A stretch of DNA of 39,756 bases from a virus. Taxonomy: Duplodnaviria > Caudoviricetes. Shown here piece after piece: positions 18,601-26,891 of this stretch (the first letter of the stretch is position 1; every line of letters begins with the position of its first letter). The DNA is taken from IMG/VR virus record IMGVR_UViG_3300033405_000937, positions 1 through 39,756 of that record; one strand, 5' to 3'. The notes beneath the pieces were generated by a model. It did not search any database. It was not told the DNA's origin and saw only the letters and a program-made list of their open reading frames with translations. The translations under genes and the position numbers were made by a program.

Positions 18601-19554
18601 TCATTTACTGAAGAAGTCGTATTCCTGAGCCACAGGGTATGAAGCGGAGCCCGAGGAGTTGGCAAAGCGCAGAGCAATAACACAAGCCTTGCCCAGCGAT
18701 GTCCACACTACCGACCCGTCCGTTGTGGTTGCGCCCTTGGTCTGGTTGAACGAGCCGCTACCGATGAAGGTAGAAGCAGTCGTACCAGACGTGGTGCACC
18801 AGTAGAGGTAGCCGTTGAGGCTCATCAGCGCGGAGATACCGAATCCAGCAGTCACCGACTGGCTAACACCGGGGTACATCGGCTGTATCACGTCACAAGT
18901 TGCGGCGACCACACCCGTGGTGTCAACCACCTGATTAGGACGGGCGAAGGAGACAGGCTTGCTGACGCGCCACAGAGAGCCACTGTTGGGAACGATTACC
19001 GGGTAGTCATAAGAGCTGTTAGCACTCACCGAAGGCAGCGGGAACTGGATACCAGACATGCTGGCGACCTGCTCGGCCTGACCCGCTCCATAGGTCTGAA
19101 CCTGTACGGCAGTGGTGGCAATCGGGAAGGCATTGATGGTTGTGGTTCCGCCGCCAAGGACGTTCACCGTGAAGCTGGACATGGTCTGCGTGGTACCAGC
19201 AGCGTTCAGCAAGCAGCTACCTGCGCCACCCGAAGAGCTATACACCCTCCAACCCACAACGGCAGCGCCGTTGGTCGGTACGGTCGGCATGGTGGCAGTG
19301 AAAGCGCCCGAACCTGCGGAGATGGAGACAGTTGCTTCTGCCGAGGGGAGAGATTCGCCGTAAGCGGTAACCCATGTGACGCAGCAACGAGCAGTACCGG
19401 AGCCCAGTGAGCCCTGACCTGCGTTGTATGCGAGGGCGGGAGCGGCTCCGCCGAGCTGACCAAAGTCCTGCGCAAGGACAATGGAATATGCGCCCGGAGC
19501 GTCTGCTCCACGGCTGGAGGAAGTGTATCCCTTTGACGAGACCAAGTTTGCCAT
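18601..19554 (-). CDS. Putative virion structural protein
   Basis: Gly/Ser/Thr-rich beta protein with YGESLPS and GWRVY (FN3-like) motifs and a TTTDGSVVWT module shared with the nozzle; AAGGA SD. Confidence 0.6.
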   Translation of the reverse strand: MANLVSSKGYTSSSRGADAPGAYSIVLAQDFGQLGGAAPALAYNAGQGSLGSGTARCCVTWVTAYGESLPSAEATVSISAGSGAFTATMPTVPTNGAAVVGWRVYSSSGGAGSCLLNAAGTTQTMSSFTVNVLGGGTTTINAFPIATTAVQVQTYGAGQAEQVASMSGIQFPLPSVSANSSYDYPVIVPNSGSLWRVSKPVSFARPNQVVDTTGVVAATCDVIQPMYPGVSQSVTAGFGISALMSLNGYLYWCTTSGTTASTFIGSGSFNQTKGATTTDGSVVWTSLGKACVIALRFANSSGSASYPVAQEYDFFSK

Positions 19555-19635
19555 AATTTTCCTTTTGGACTAGTTCGCCTGAGGCTCCCTAGTTACGGCA
19601 TGTTGAAGATGCCGCCTAATATAGGAGTCGGTAGT

Positions 19636-19728
19636 TCAAAACTTACCGAACCACATCGAGACACTCCACCATAGGGTGTCCCAGAAGAGGTTCCAGTACA
19701 GTTTCACCATCAACATCCAGTACCGCAC
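19636..19728 (-). CDS. 30-aa Trp-rich micropeptide (not in ORF track)
   Basis: GTG directly after the upstream TAA; MRYWMLMVKLYWNLFWDTLWWSVSMWFGKF. Confidence 0.4.
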   Translation of the reverse strand: MRYWMLMVKLYWNLFWDTLWWSVSMWFGKF

Positions 19729-20175
19729 TTAGAAGCTCTCTAGAGTGCGAACGACGTGATACAGCGGGTGCTCCTTGACGATGTAACCTTCGTCCTTGAT
19801 AGAGCCATCGGGCTGAGCTACCGGGCGGTAATCCCAGTACGCTGGATGGATGAAAGCCTCACACAGGGGGCAGATACCACGGGGCATATGGTCATGGTAG
19901 TTATGCACAAGCGAGATAGCCCACTTGCCGTTCTTGTCCTTGTGGGGGCAATGAGACTGCCGCTCCAGTTTAATTTTGTCCTTCTCGTTCTCCTGCCGAC
20001 GCCAGTTCTGCTGCTCACGCAGTTCACGGGCAAGTTCTGCCGGGTCTTCGTAGGGCTTCTGAGCTTCGCGGAGCTTCTCCGGGGTTAGGGCGATGGACTG
20101 CAGTACGGGTCCGAGTTCCTTGAACAACTCTTTCACGGTCTCGCGGATGAGTTCTTTCTGTGTTGGTTCTGCCAT
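19729..20175 (-). CDS. Hypothetical protein with CPH...CPLC putative zinc site
   Basis: GAGAGG SD; coiled-coil N-terminal half, then HCPHKD and GICPLC. Confidence 0.7.
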   Translation of the reverse strand: MAEPTQKELIRETVKELFKELGPVLQSIALTPEKLREAQKPYEDPAELARELREQQNWRRQENEKDKIKLERQSHCPHKDKNGKWAISLVHNYHDHMPRGICPLCEAFIHPAYWDYRPVAQPDGSIKDEGYIVKEHPLYHVVRTLESF

Positions 20176-20224
20176 AAAATAAAACCTCTCTGTTAAGAGA
20201 GGTTGATAGTTCAGTTATTCACAA

Positions 20225-20779
20225 CTATTCACAGAAGTGGTTCATGAGGTTCTTGTGGGCGGTGCCGGAAGCTTGCCGATTACGATAGGGGGCGGTAAAC
20301 ATATTCCACCGCTCCGCATTGACCCCGGTAGAATTACCGAACTCTTTTATCACCGTATCCCATGACAGGACACCCTTACCCATCAGCCGGGTGAGGACAT
20401 GTCGCCAACCCCAGCGGGGCTCGTCGGGGAGGTTCTTCTCATCGACGGTAGTGTAGGAAAACTCCGTGAGCCAGCCTTTACTTACCTGACAGAGGAAGAT
20501 GAGTTTGTTATCCCGCTGCAGGTACAGACCCCAGTCATTCTCATAGTTGACCTGTCTTTGCACTACCAGCATAGGTATCAGCTTCTTGAGCTGTAAGATG
20601 AACCGGGAGGAGTGGATGACCTGACCCTTCCGCCGTTGGAAGTCCTTGAAGGAGTCGTGGTCGAACAGACGGTACTGCTCTAACTGGGGCTCTATCTTTT
20701 CCGCCTTGTACTTAGATAGAGCCACATCGGTTGGAAGAAAGCTATCGGAGTCAAAGTGCTGCGGTAAGATATTAGCCAT
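20225..20779 (-). CDS. Hypothetical protein
   Basis: AAGGAG SD, operon-consistent strand, globular composition; no family recognised. Confidence 0.75.
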   Translation of the reverse strand: MANILPQHFDSDSFLPTDVALSKYKAEKIEPQLEQYRLFDHDSFKDFQRRKGQVIHSSRFILQLKKLIPMLVVQRQVNYENDWGLYLQRDNKLIFLCQVSKGWLTEFSYTTVDEKNLPDEPRWGWRHVLTRLMGKGVLSWDTVIKEFGNSTGVNAERWNMFTAPYRNRQASGTAHKNLMNHFCE

Positions 20780-20849
20780 GTTTGCTCTCCTTGAAACTGA
20801 GGTACCCTATCACAACCACCAGTAGGAGGAAGGCGACAAGGTTGACCAT
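20772..20849 (-). CDS. 25-aa single transmembrane micropeptide (not in ORF track)
   Basis: MVNLVAFLLLVVVIGYLSFKESKHG; ATG abuts the phosphatase stop and the stop overlaps the next gene start. Confidence 0.55.
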   Translation of the reverse strand: MVNLVAFLLLVVVIGYLSFKESKHG

Positions 20850-21512
20850 TTAACTGGCCTCAGGTGTAGTCTCACTATTAGTTTCACCCATCAGGGCTTT
20901 GATATCGATGTTGCCATCGGTATCCACATAGACGCCGATGATGCCACCCGGCTCGATGATGTCCGCGACCTCTTCGTTGTTGTCTTCCAGCTCATGTACC
21001 ATGCGGTGGAAGGCGGTGATGTTCGAGGTATGCACCACGATGACGGTGGGGAGCCCTTGTACGGGGTTCAGCACATAGTCGAGAATGCAGTTATTACGCT
21101 CGCGAAACTGCTGCAGGGACTCACCGGGCAACCCGTAGTTAGTCTCCGGGATGACCTCGGTGTCATGGTTCACATAATACTCAAACTTAGCGATGTTGGC
21201 CTTGGTCTTCTCCATCCCGGCGAAGCCACCGATAGCCCAGCTACGCAGGTTGGGGTCGGGGCTGACATAAGGGATAACCACGTTACCAGTATCTAAGACG
21301 TACTGGGCGGTCTGCATGGCGCGGGTCAAGTCGGAGCTGACCACCTTGCCAATCTCCTCGTAGGAGAAGAAGTTCTGGATAGCCTCGGCGGCGGCTTCAC
21401 CCGCTTCATTCAATACCGGATTCTGCCAGCCTCTCCAGCAGTTCGATTTGTTGAGCACCGTCTCACCGTGACGCACAAGGTATGCTTGGGGGCGCTTCCA
21501 TAGGTTATGCAT
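20850..21512 (-). CDS. Histidine phosphatase superfamily (phosphoglycerate mutase-like) protein
   Basis: YLVRHGET catalytic motif, SSDLTRAMQTA, GESLQQF and VIVVH. Confidence 0.92.
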   Translation of the reverse strand: MHNLWKRPQAYLVRHGETVLNKSNCWRGWQNPVLNEAGEAAAEAIQNFFSYEEIGKVVSSDLTRAMQTAQYVLDTGNVVIPYVSPDPNLRSWAIGGFAGMEKTKANIAKFEYYVNHDTEVIPETNYGLPGESLQQFRERNNCILDYVLNPVQGLPTVIVVHTSNITAFHRMVHELEDNNEEVADIIEPGGIIGVYVDTDGNIDIKALMGETNSETTPEAS

Positions 21513-21526
21513 AGTTCTCTCCTAGT

Positions 21527-21558
21527 AAAAAAGGCAGACCCTGTTTTGAGTCTGCCTT
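21527..21558 (-). terminator. Rho-independent terminator after the capsid/decoration genes
   Basis: Minus strand AAGGCAGACTC-AAAACA-GGGTCTGCCTT-TTTT. Confidence 0.8.
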
Positions 21559-21580
21559 AAAGGTGCAGCGTTAATACGAA

Positions 21581-22216
21581 TTATCCAAGGGACTCAATCT
21601 GCAGACCCATCAGGGTGACTGTGTCACCAGCGTGGCCGACCGACAGAGTCGAGGTCACGAAGAAGTTCAAGTCGCCTTCGCCGTAGAGACCGCTCGGTGA
21701 GGCAGTCAAGATGACCGGGCTAACCAAGGTGCCTTCGTTGACGAGGTGGGTCTGGAAACCCTGCAGGGTAACAGCAGTACCGCTGGTGGCAACTGCCTGA
21801 AGGGTAAGTTCAGAGTAGAAGCAGCCCGTGGTGCTGTTAACCGCCAGAGCGCCTGTGGTGGCAATCTTGGTGGCTCCGGTGAAGCTGGTGGAGGTCAAGC
21901 CAGAGATGGAAGCAGCCGGAACCTGATAGATGTTGATGGTCAGGTTTTCGGATGCGCCCGTCTTGGCAAACCCATAGGCCCGGAGCTTGAAGGGAAGACC
22001 CGTCGAAGCCAGCGTGCCCAGAGCATAAGACCCCGCGACGAAGATACCGGGGTTGCCCAGTGACAAGGGAAGAACAAAAGAGGAGATTCCGGCAATGGAG
22101 TTACCATTTACCATGAACGCGGTCTCGGTAGTGGAGGTACCCGTCGCATTGGCTGCGAGGGTCTTCTCGATGTTACCGAATACCTGAGACTGGAAAGCTA
22201 GAGGCGTCTGTGCCAT
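21581..22216 (-). CDS. Putative capsid decoration/cement protein
   Basis: Beta-rich, Thr/Ser/Gly-rich protein directly after the major capsid gene and before a terminator. Confidence 0.55.
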   Translation of the reverse strand: MAQTPLAFQSQVFGNIEKTLAANATGTSTTETAFMVNGNSIAGISSFVLPLSLGNPGIFVAGSYALGTLASTGLPFKLRAYGFAKTGASENLTINIYQVPAASISGLTSTSFTGATKIATTGALAVNSTTGCFYSELTLQAVATSGTAVTLQGFQTHLVNEGTLVSPVILTASPSGLYGEGDLNFFVTSTLSVGHAGDTVTLMGLQIESLG

Positions 22217-22264
22217 TGTATTATTCCTTTTTCAAGGGGGTGGTACTCCACCCCCGGTTAAAAA

Positions 22265-23263
22265 TTAGACAGCCGAAACTTCAGCGCGAACCCTTCTAAA
22301 ACCCGGAGTTCCGTTCGTATTCGGGCGTGCCACCACTCCCAAGAACCAGTCATAGCTGACGATGGCGCGGGTCTGGAGGCAGGGGTTGCTCAGGTCGATG
22401 TCGCTATCGCCAAAGTACTTGACGTTGACCTTGAAGCTCGGGTTACGCGGAGCCTTCTGCCCCATCAGCTCAGAAGCCAACATCGCTTCGCGGCCAACGG
22501 TGTAGCAGCCGTAACCAACCTTACCCGTCGAGGGGTAGTTCGCAAAGGAGGTTACAGTCGGGGTACGGATGATACGGCAACCCGCCCATTCCAGAACCTG
22601 ATAGCCCTTGTTCATACCCGCCTGAATGGTAGAGACACCAGCCTGAGTACGCTTCAGGGTGTCAACTGCGCTTCCGGCAGAGTTATCAGACATGAAGTCG
22701 TAAACCATGTAGGGGTGCATGACTGTGGAGTACATCCCATCGTTTCTTCCGGGGACCGCGTTACCCATCAGTTGAGCCTCACCCTTACGGATGGTGTTCG
22801 AAAGCAGGAATTCGTTGTCCGCTAAGTCGATACGGGCAGCAGACTGGGCGCTGGAGGCCGAGTCGAAAGCATTAAATGCAATCTGGTTGGCCGTAAGGGC
22901 TCCGCGATAGCTCAGGTTGCGCGTGGCATCCAGAGTAATGTCGGACAGGAACATGGTCTGAGCCACGTTGTCGATGCCAATCCAGTCAGCGTACTCGTCA
23001 GCAAATGCATCACTGTAGACCTGCGACAGAGAAAGGGAAGGAGGCGGAACTGCCTCGGAGACGGGTGCTCCTGCAGCTACAAACGGCTGCTGACCGTAGA
23101 ATTGAATGGTACGACCAGACCGACGAGGCAGCGGACGAAAGTCGCAAAGTTCCTCTAGAGCTGGAGTGTTGCACTGCCATTCCACGATAGCAGTGCGGTC
23201 GTATGCAATCTGCGGGAATGCGGCAAGAGTATTACTCTGTACGCCGGGTGCGAGTGAAGGCAT
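22265..23263 (-). CDS. Major capsid protein (N4-gp56-like, HK97 fold)
   Basis: YDR...RPLPRRSGRTIQFY, EYADWI, YSTVMHPYMVYD and GCRII; 332 aa; follows the scaffold gene. Confidence 0.85.
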   Translation of the reverse strand: MPSLAPGVQSNTLAAFPQIAYDRTAIVEWQCNTPALEELCDFRPLPRRSGRTIQFYGQQPFVAAGAPVSEAVPPPSLSLSQVYSDAFADEYADWIGIDNVAQTMFLSDITLDATRNLSYRGALTANQIAFNAFDSASSAQSAARIDLADNEFLLSNTIRKGEAQLMGNAVPGRNDGMYSTVMHPYMVYDFMSDNSAGSAVDTLKRTQAGVSTIQAGMNKGYQVLEWAGCRIIRTPTVTSFANYPSTGKVGYGCYTVGREAMLASELMGQKAPRNPSFKVNVKYFGDSDIDLSNPCLQTRAIVSYDWFLGVVARPNTNGTPGFRRVRAEVSAV

Positions 23264-23319
23264 TTGTGTAACCTCGTAAGTTAAAGTACTTCTATAAGTA
23301 GGGGTTGATAGTTCGGAAA

Positions 23320-24258
23320 CTACCGATTCTTCAGGTAGTCATCCGGATGCATACCTTGCGCTTGTGCTGCCGCCTTGTACGCCTCCATGATTTCCCGTGG
23401 GCTCATGTCATCGGTAATCTTCGGTACAGCAGCGGTTGCGGTAGTCGGTTTCCGCCCTTGGTTGCCAGAACCCACGCCAAAAGTACCCGACGCCTGTAGC
23501 TTCTTTTTTTGTGGTGCAGCTTCCGGGGCTTCGACCGCAAATACCAGCTTGTCCGCCTTCATCGCGGCGTAGGCTTTTTGCAAGCTATCGGTAGAGGGGC
23601 TGTCTTTCAACCCGAGTTCCGCCAGCTTGTAACCCAGAACCTTGAGGTTCTGTTCCCCACCCGGCCAGTCATTGCCATCGAGAGATAAGAACTCGTTAGT
23701 GGCGTTCTGCCATGCGTTGACTTCCTTGGTGGACTTTTTTTCATCCACAAGAGTCTTCAGCTCGTCTACCTGCAGCCCCTTGGACTTCAGGTACTTGTCG
23801 ATGGCTCCGGACTTGACGAGGTAGTCTTCCATCGAAATCTTTCCAGCAAAGACATCCAGTTGCATCGCGACGAGGTCATCGGACTTAACTTCCGGCTTAG
23901 CTTCCACCTTGGGGGCAGTAGCATGTTCGTGAGCGGCGATAGCAGCCTTTACCTGCCGATTGATGTCGGCGGGGCTATCACCTTCGAAGTTATAGGTCTT
24001 GCCGCCGATAACAAAACTGTCTGTATAGACGGTTACTTCGTCGGGCTCAGCCTTGACTTCGGGCTTCTCTTCGGCTGGCTCCTGCGCGGCGAAGCGACCC
24101 TTGGCATCGCGTCCGGGGACTACGATACCTTGCTTCTCGGCCTCCTCCGCGATGATGCGGCGGATGTCTTCAGCGGTGGCGGCACCTTCCAGTGCGGTGG
24201 ATACTGCGTCGGTTACTTCCATTTCAGCGCCTTGCGGCTTAATTTCCTGTTCAGCCAT
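23320..24258 (-). CDS. Capsid scaffolding protein
   Basis: Acidic and helical, with an RDAKGRFA motif; between portal and capsid; start at 24258 with AGGAG SD. Confidence 0.7.
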   Translation of the reverse strand: MAEQEIKPQGAEMEVTDAVSTALEGAATAEDIRRIIAEEAEKQGIVVPGRDAKGRFAAQEPAEEKPEVKAEPDEVTVYTDSFVIGGKTYNFEGDSPADINRQVKAAIAAHEHATAPKVEAKPEVKSDDLVAMQLDVFAGKISMEDYLVKSGAIDKYLKSKGLQVDELKTLVDEKKSTKEVNAWQNATNEFLSLDGNDWPGGEQNLKVLGYKLAELGLKDSPSTDSLQKAYAAMKADKLVFAVEAPEAAPQKKKLQASGTFGVGSGNQGRKPTTATAAVPKITDDMSPREIMEAYKAAAQAQGMHPDDYLKNR

Positions 24259-24269
24259 AACGTCTCCTA

Positions 24270-24674
24270 TCAATAAGTCCCGCTGACGCGGGTTTCGTAC
24301 CTGTTATCCAACTCGGTTAAAATAGCTGCGCGCAGCTCATCCGCTCCATCGGCGGCATCAGCATTGTTAGCCTGAGGGTTGGCATCCCGCGCCATCATGG
24401 CCTCAGCGATACCCGCCTGTATAAGACCACCCATTCGGGTGAGTAGCTGTTCTTCGAACTTCTTCGCCGCCCGGAAAGCGATAGACCGGGCTACCAGCTC
24501 CTCGTTGTCCCAACCTTCATATGAAACAAAGGCATCCTCGGCGACCTTGACGACCTCGTTAATCAGTGCCACAAAGTCATTGAAGCCGGGATGACTCTTA
24601 AGCCCGATGAGCCTATTAGCCCGGTCGATGGTCATGGTGGTGCGTGGTGCGTAAGGGTTGATGTCGGCCATCAC
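24270..24674 (-). CDS. Small helical head-module protein
   Basis: Typical small gene between portal and scaffold (LKSHPGFNDF); coupled to the portal stop. Confidence 0.65.
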   Translation of the reverse strand: MMADINPYAPRTTMTIDRANRLIGLKSHPGFNDFVALINEVVKVAEDAFVSYEGWDNEELVARSIAFRAAKKFEEQLLTRMGGLIQAGIAEAMMARDANPQANNADAADGADELRAAILTELDNRYETRVSGTY

Positions 24675-26842
24675 TCACCGCCCTCGAACTGCGAATCTGA
24701 CTTCTGCATCGCCTCACGCTCGGAGCGGTTAAAGGCGTCCTCCTCAAGCGTGTGCTGGTGCTGTTGGTCATTCATCGCCGTGCCGAAGCCATGCTTACCC
24801 GCTTCCAGAAGCATCCTGTTCTCGGCCTGATTGTTATCGATTTTCATCTTGCCGTCCGTCTGCATCTGAATCTTCTTGGCGGTGTTATCCGGCTGTTGCT
24901 GGGAGGCGGCGTAACGTTGCTTGTCCTCGTCCGTCATCGGCTGGAGGATGTTCTCGCGGTAAGGCAGACCGGAGGAGTCAATAATCGCCTTGTAGAACTC
25001 AGCCACGTTCAGCTTCATCGCCTGTACGCCGAGTAACTCCACAGCGCCCGGAGCGGTGATAAGGGTCTGCACGAAGCCCATGACAGTGTTGAGCTGCTGA
25101 CGGGCGCGCAGCCGGGTAGCGGCTGAGACGGTAACCTTGTACTGACCATTGAGGACAGACAGAGGGTCTACCTTCTTATAGGCGGTGGAGAGTTCGTCGC
25201 TAAGCCAGTTCTTTATTTGCGATGGCTTCAGCTTATGGTTCTGTTCAATTAAGTACTCGATAAACGGTACGAAGATGCCATCGCTAATCTGGTCGATGAG
25301 GTCGGTGGACTTGATGTTCTCGCCCGTCGATAGAGCCTGTACCCCAGCTCCAGTACGCATGTCGCCAGCCTTGCCAGCGTTGACACCCTGCGCGTTGACG
25401 CCAGCTCCGGAGATAGCGACCGCCCACGACTTCACCTGTTCGATGATGGCGAGCGGCGGACCCTCCATGATGGAGTTACGGGTCAAGGGTTCAATCTTCT
25501 TGCCGGGGTCGGACTTCATAATCTTGCCGGGGAAAATCCACTGGGTCTGCGCGGTGTTATTCATACCCGCATCGGTGGTATAGGTACCCATTAGGTTTAG
25601 GTTTACATCATCGAAGAAAGCGTTGACGATACCTTGCGAGATGCGTTGGTAGTCGGTGAGCCAGAAGCCCAACCCGTAGCCGTAGAAGCTGTCCGGAGCC
25701 TCTCTAAAGACAAAGGAGAGGAACGGAATCCGGCCTAGATTGTGCGGCTGGTTGTAGATGCAATACTGGCCTTCCAGCACCATGATATGACGGTAGGGAG
25801 TCCAGTAATCAAACACCTCCCAGTTCTTCGACAGCGGGTCGGACTTAGCGAAGTCATAGCTCTCAGGCATCGCCTTCTGCGGCGTGGTCGAGGTCTGGAA
25901 GATGGGGTTGGGACTGGAGCCACCTTGGGTGTCCAGCATGTTGTGCCCGGTGCCATCCACCTTCCACGGGGTGGTCAGGGCGATAAGCTCGTCGCGGCTG
26001 GGGATGTTGAAGCCCTCAGTCTCGCGCCAGCGGTCGAGGTCGTAAGAGTTCGGGTAGATAAGCCGACCCGCCCAACCAGCGGTCTGAATCTCACCACGAC
26101 GGCAGGAGGGGTCTACACGGAGCCTACGAATGGGTACGTGCTCGAACTTACCTTGGTTGAACTCTAGAACGTGGTCGGTGTACTCCTCGGTGTCATCCTC
26201 ATTCGCCATGGGGATGGTTACGCTACCTCCGCTTACCCCTACCGAGACGCCCTGATGCTTGTTACGCAGCTTCTTTATCTCCTGCTGGTAGAACTCCCAG
26301 CCAAAGAAGGCGACTCCGGTACCATAGAGGAGGCCGTCATAGACCACATGGCGCATCTCCTGCTTGAAAGTGACTCCCCGGAAGCCGCAGTGCTTCATTT
26401 GCGCCCGGATTAGGGCGGTCTCGGCGGCGGCGGTATCAATATCGGTGCCCGAGGTTGGGTCGAGAATGAATGGGTTGTAGCCACCGAAGAGATTCTCTTG
26501 TACGACACCAATCATCGAGTAAAAGTGCTCGGCGAGGATGGGAATCCCGAGGTGGGAGCGGAACTGGTCGCTGTTTTTCCACTTAATCGGCTCAACATAA
26601 GCCCGGAGCATCAACTCCGTGAGGTTCCACGACCCGATAAGCCCACGCGAGGCTTCGAAGGACTCGCTGAGTGACCGATTCTGGATAGCTTCCTTGAGTA
26701 GCGACTCATCGGAGCGGTCTTCGTCCGGGAAACCGACGTCTTTCTGCTGGATGGGTAGAGATAACTCCCCAATAGGGATGGCTCCCGGCAGGTCTATTAG
26801 TCTTAGCTGTGCTAAATCGCGAAATACATCATCGTTGGCCAT
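24671..26842 (-). CDS. Portal protein (P22/N4-like podovirus type)
   Basis: DGLLYGTGV, IPFLSF...PDSFYGYG...YQRISQGIVN and RTGAGV; Gln-rich barrel-like C-terminus; follows TerL. Confidence 0.88.
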   Translation of the reverse strand: MANDDVFRDLAQLRLIDLPGAIPIGELSLPIQQKDVGFPDEDRSDESLLKEAIQNRSLSESFEASRGLIGSWNLTELMLRAYVEPIKWKNSDQFRSHLGIPILAEHFYSMIGVVQENLFGGYNPFILDPTSGTDIDTAAAETALIRAQMKHCGFRGVTFKQEMRHVVYDGLLYGTGVAFFGWEFYQQEIKKLRNKHQGVSVGVSGGSVTIPMANEDDTEEYTDHVLEFNQGKFEHVPIRRLRVDPSCRRGEIQTAGWAGRLIYPNSYDLDRWRETEGFNIPSRDELIALTTPWKVDGTGHNMLDTQGGSSPNPIFQTSTTPQKAMPESYDFAKSDPLSKNWEVFDYWTPYRHIMVLEGQYCIYNQPHNLGRIPFLSFVFREAPDSFYGYGLGFWLTDYQRISQGIVNAFFDDVNLNLMGTYTTDAGMNNTAQTQWIFPGKIMKSDPGKKIEPLTRNSIMEGPPLAIIEQVKSWAVAISGAGVNAQGVNAGKAGDMRTGAGVQALSTGENIKSTDLIDQISDGIFVPFIEYLIEQNHKLKPSQIKNWLSDELSTAYKKVDPLSVLNGQYKVTVSAATRLRARQQLNTVMGFVQTLITAPGAVELLGVQAMKLNVAEFYKAIIDSSGLPYRENILQPMTDEDKQRYAASQQQPDNTAKKIQMQTDGKMKIDNNQAENRMLLEAGKHGFGTAMNDQQHQHTLEEDAFNRSEREAMQKSDSQFEGGE

Positions 26843-26891
26843 CGTATGTCCTCATATAAGGGAGCGGTAGTTTACTTTCTGTGAAAAACTG

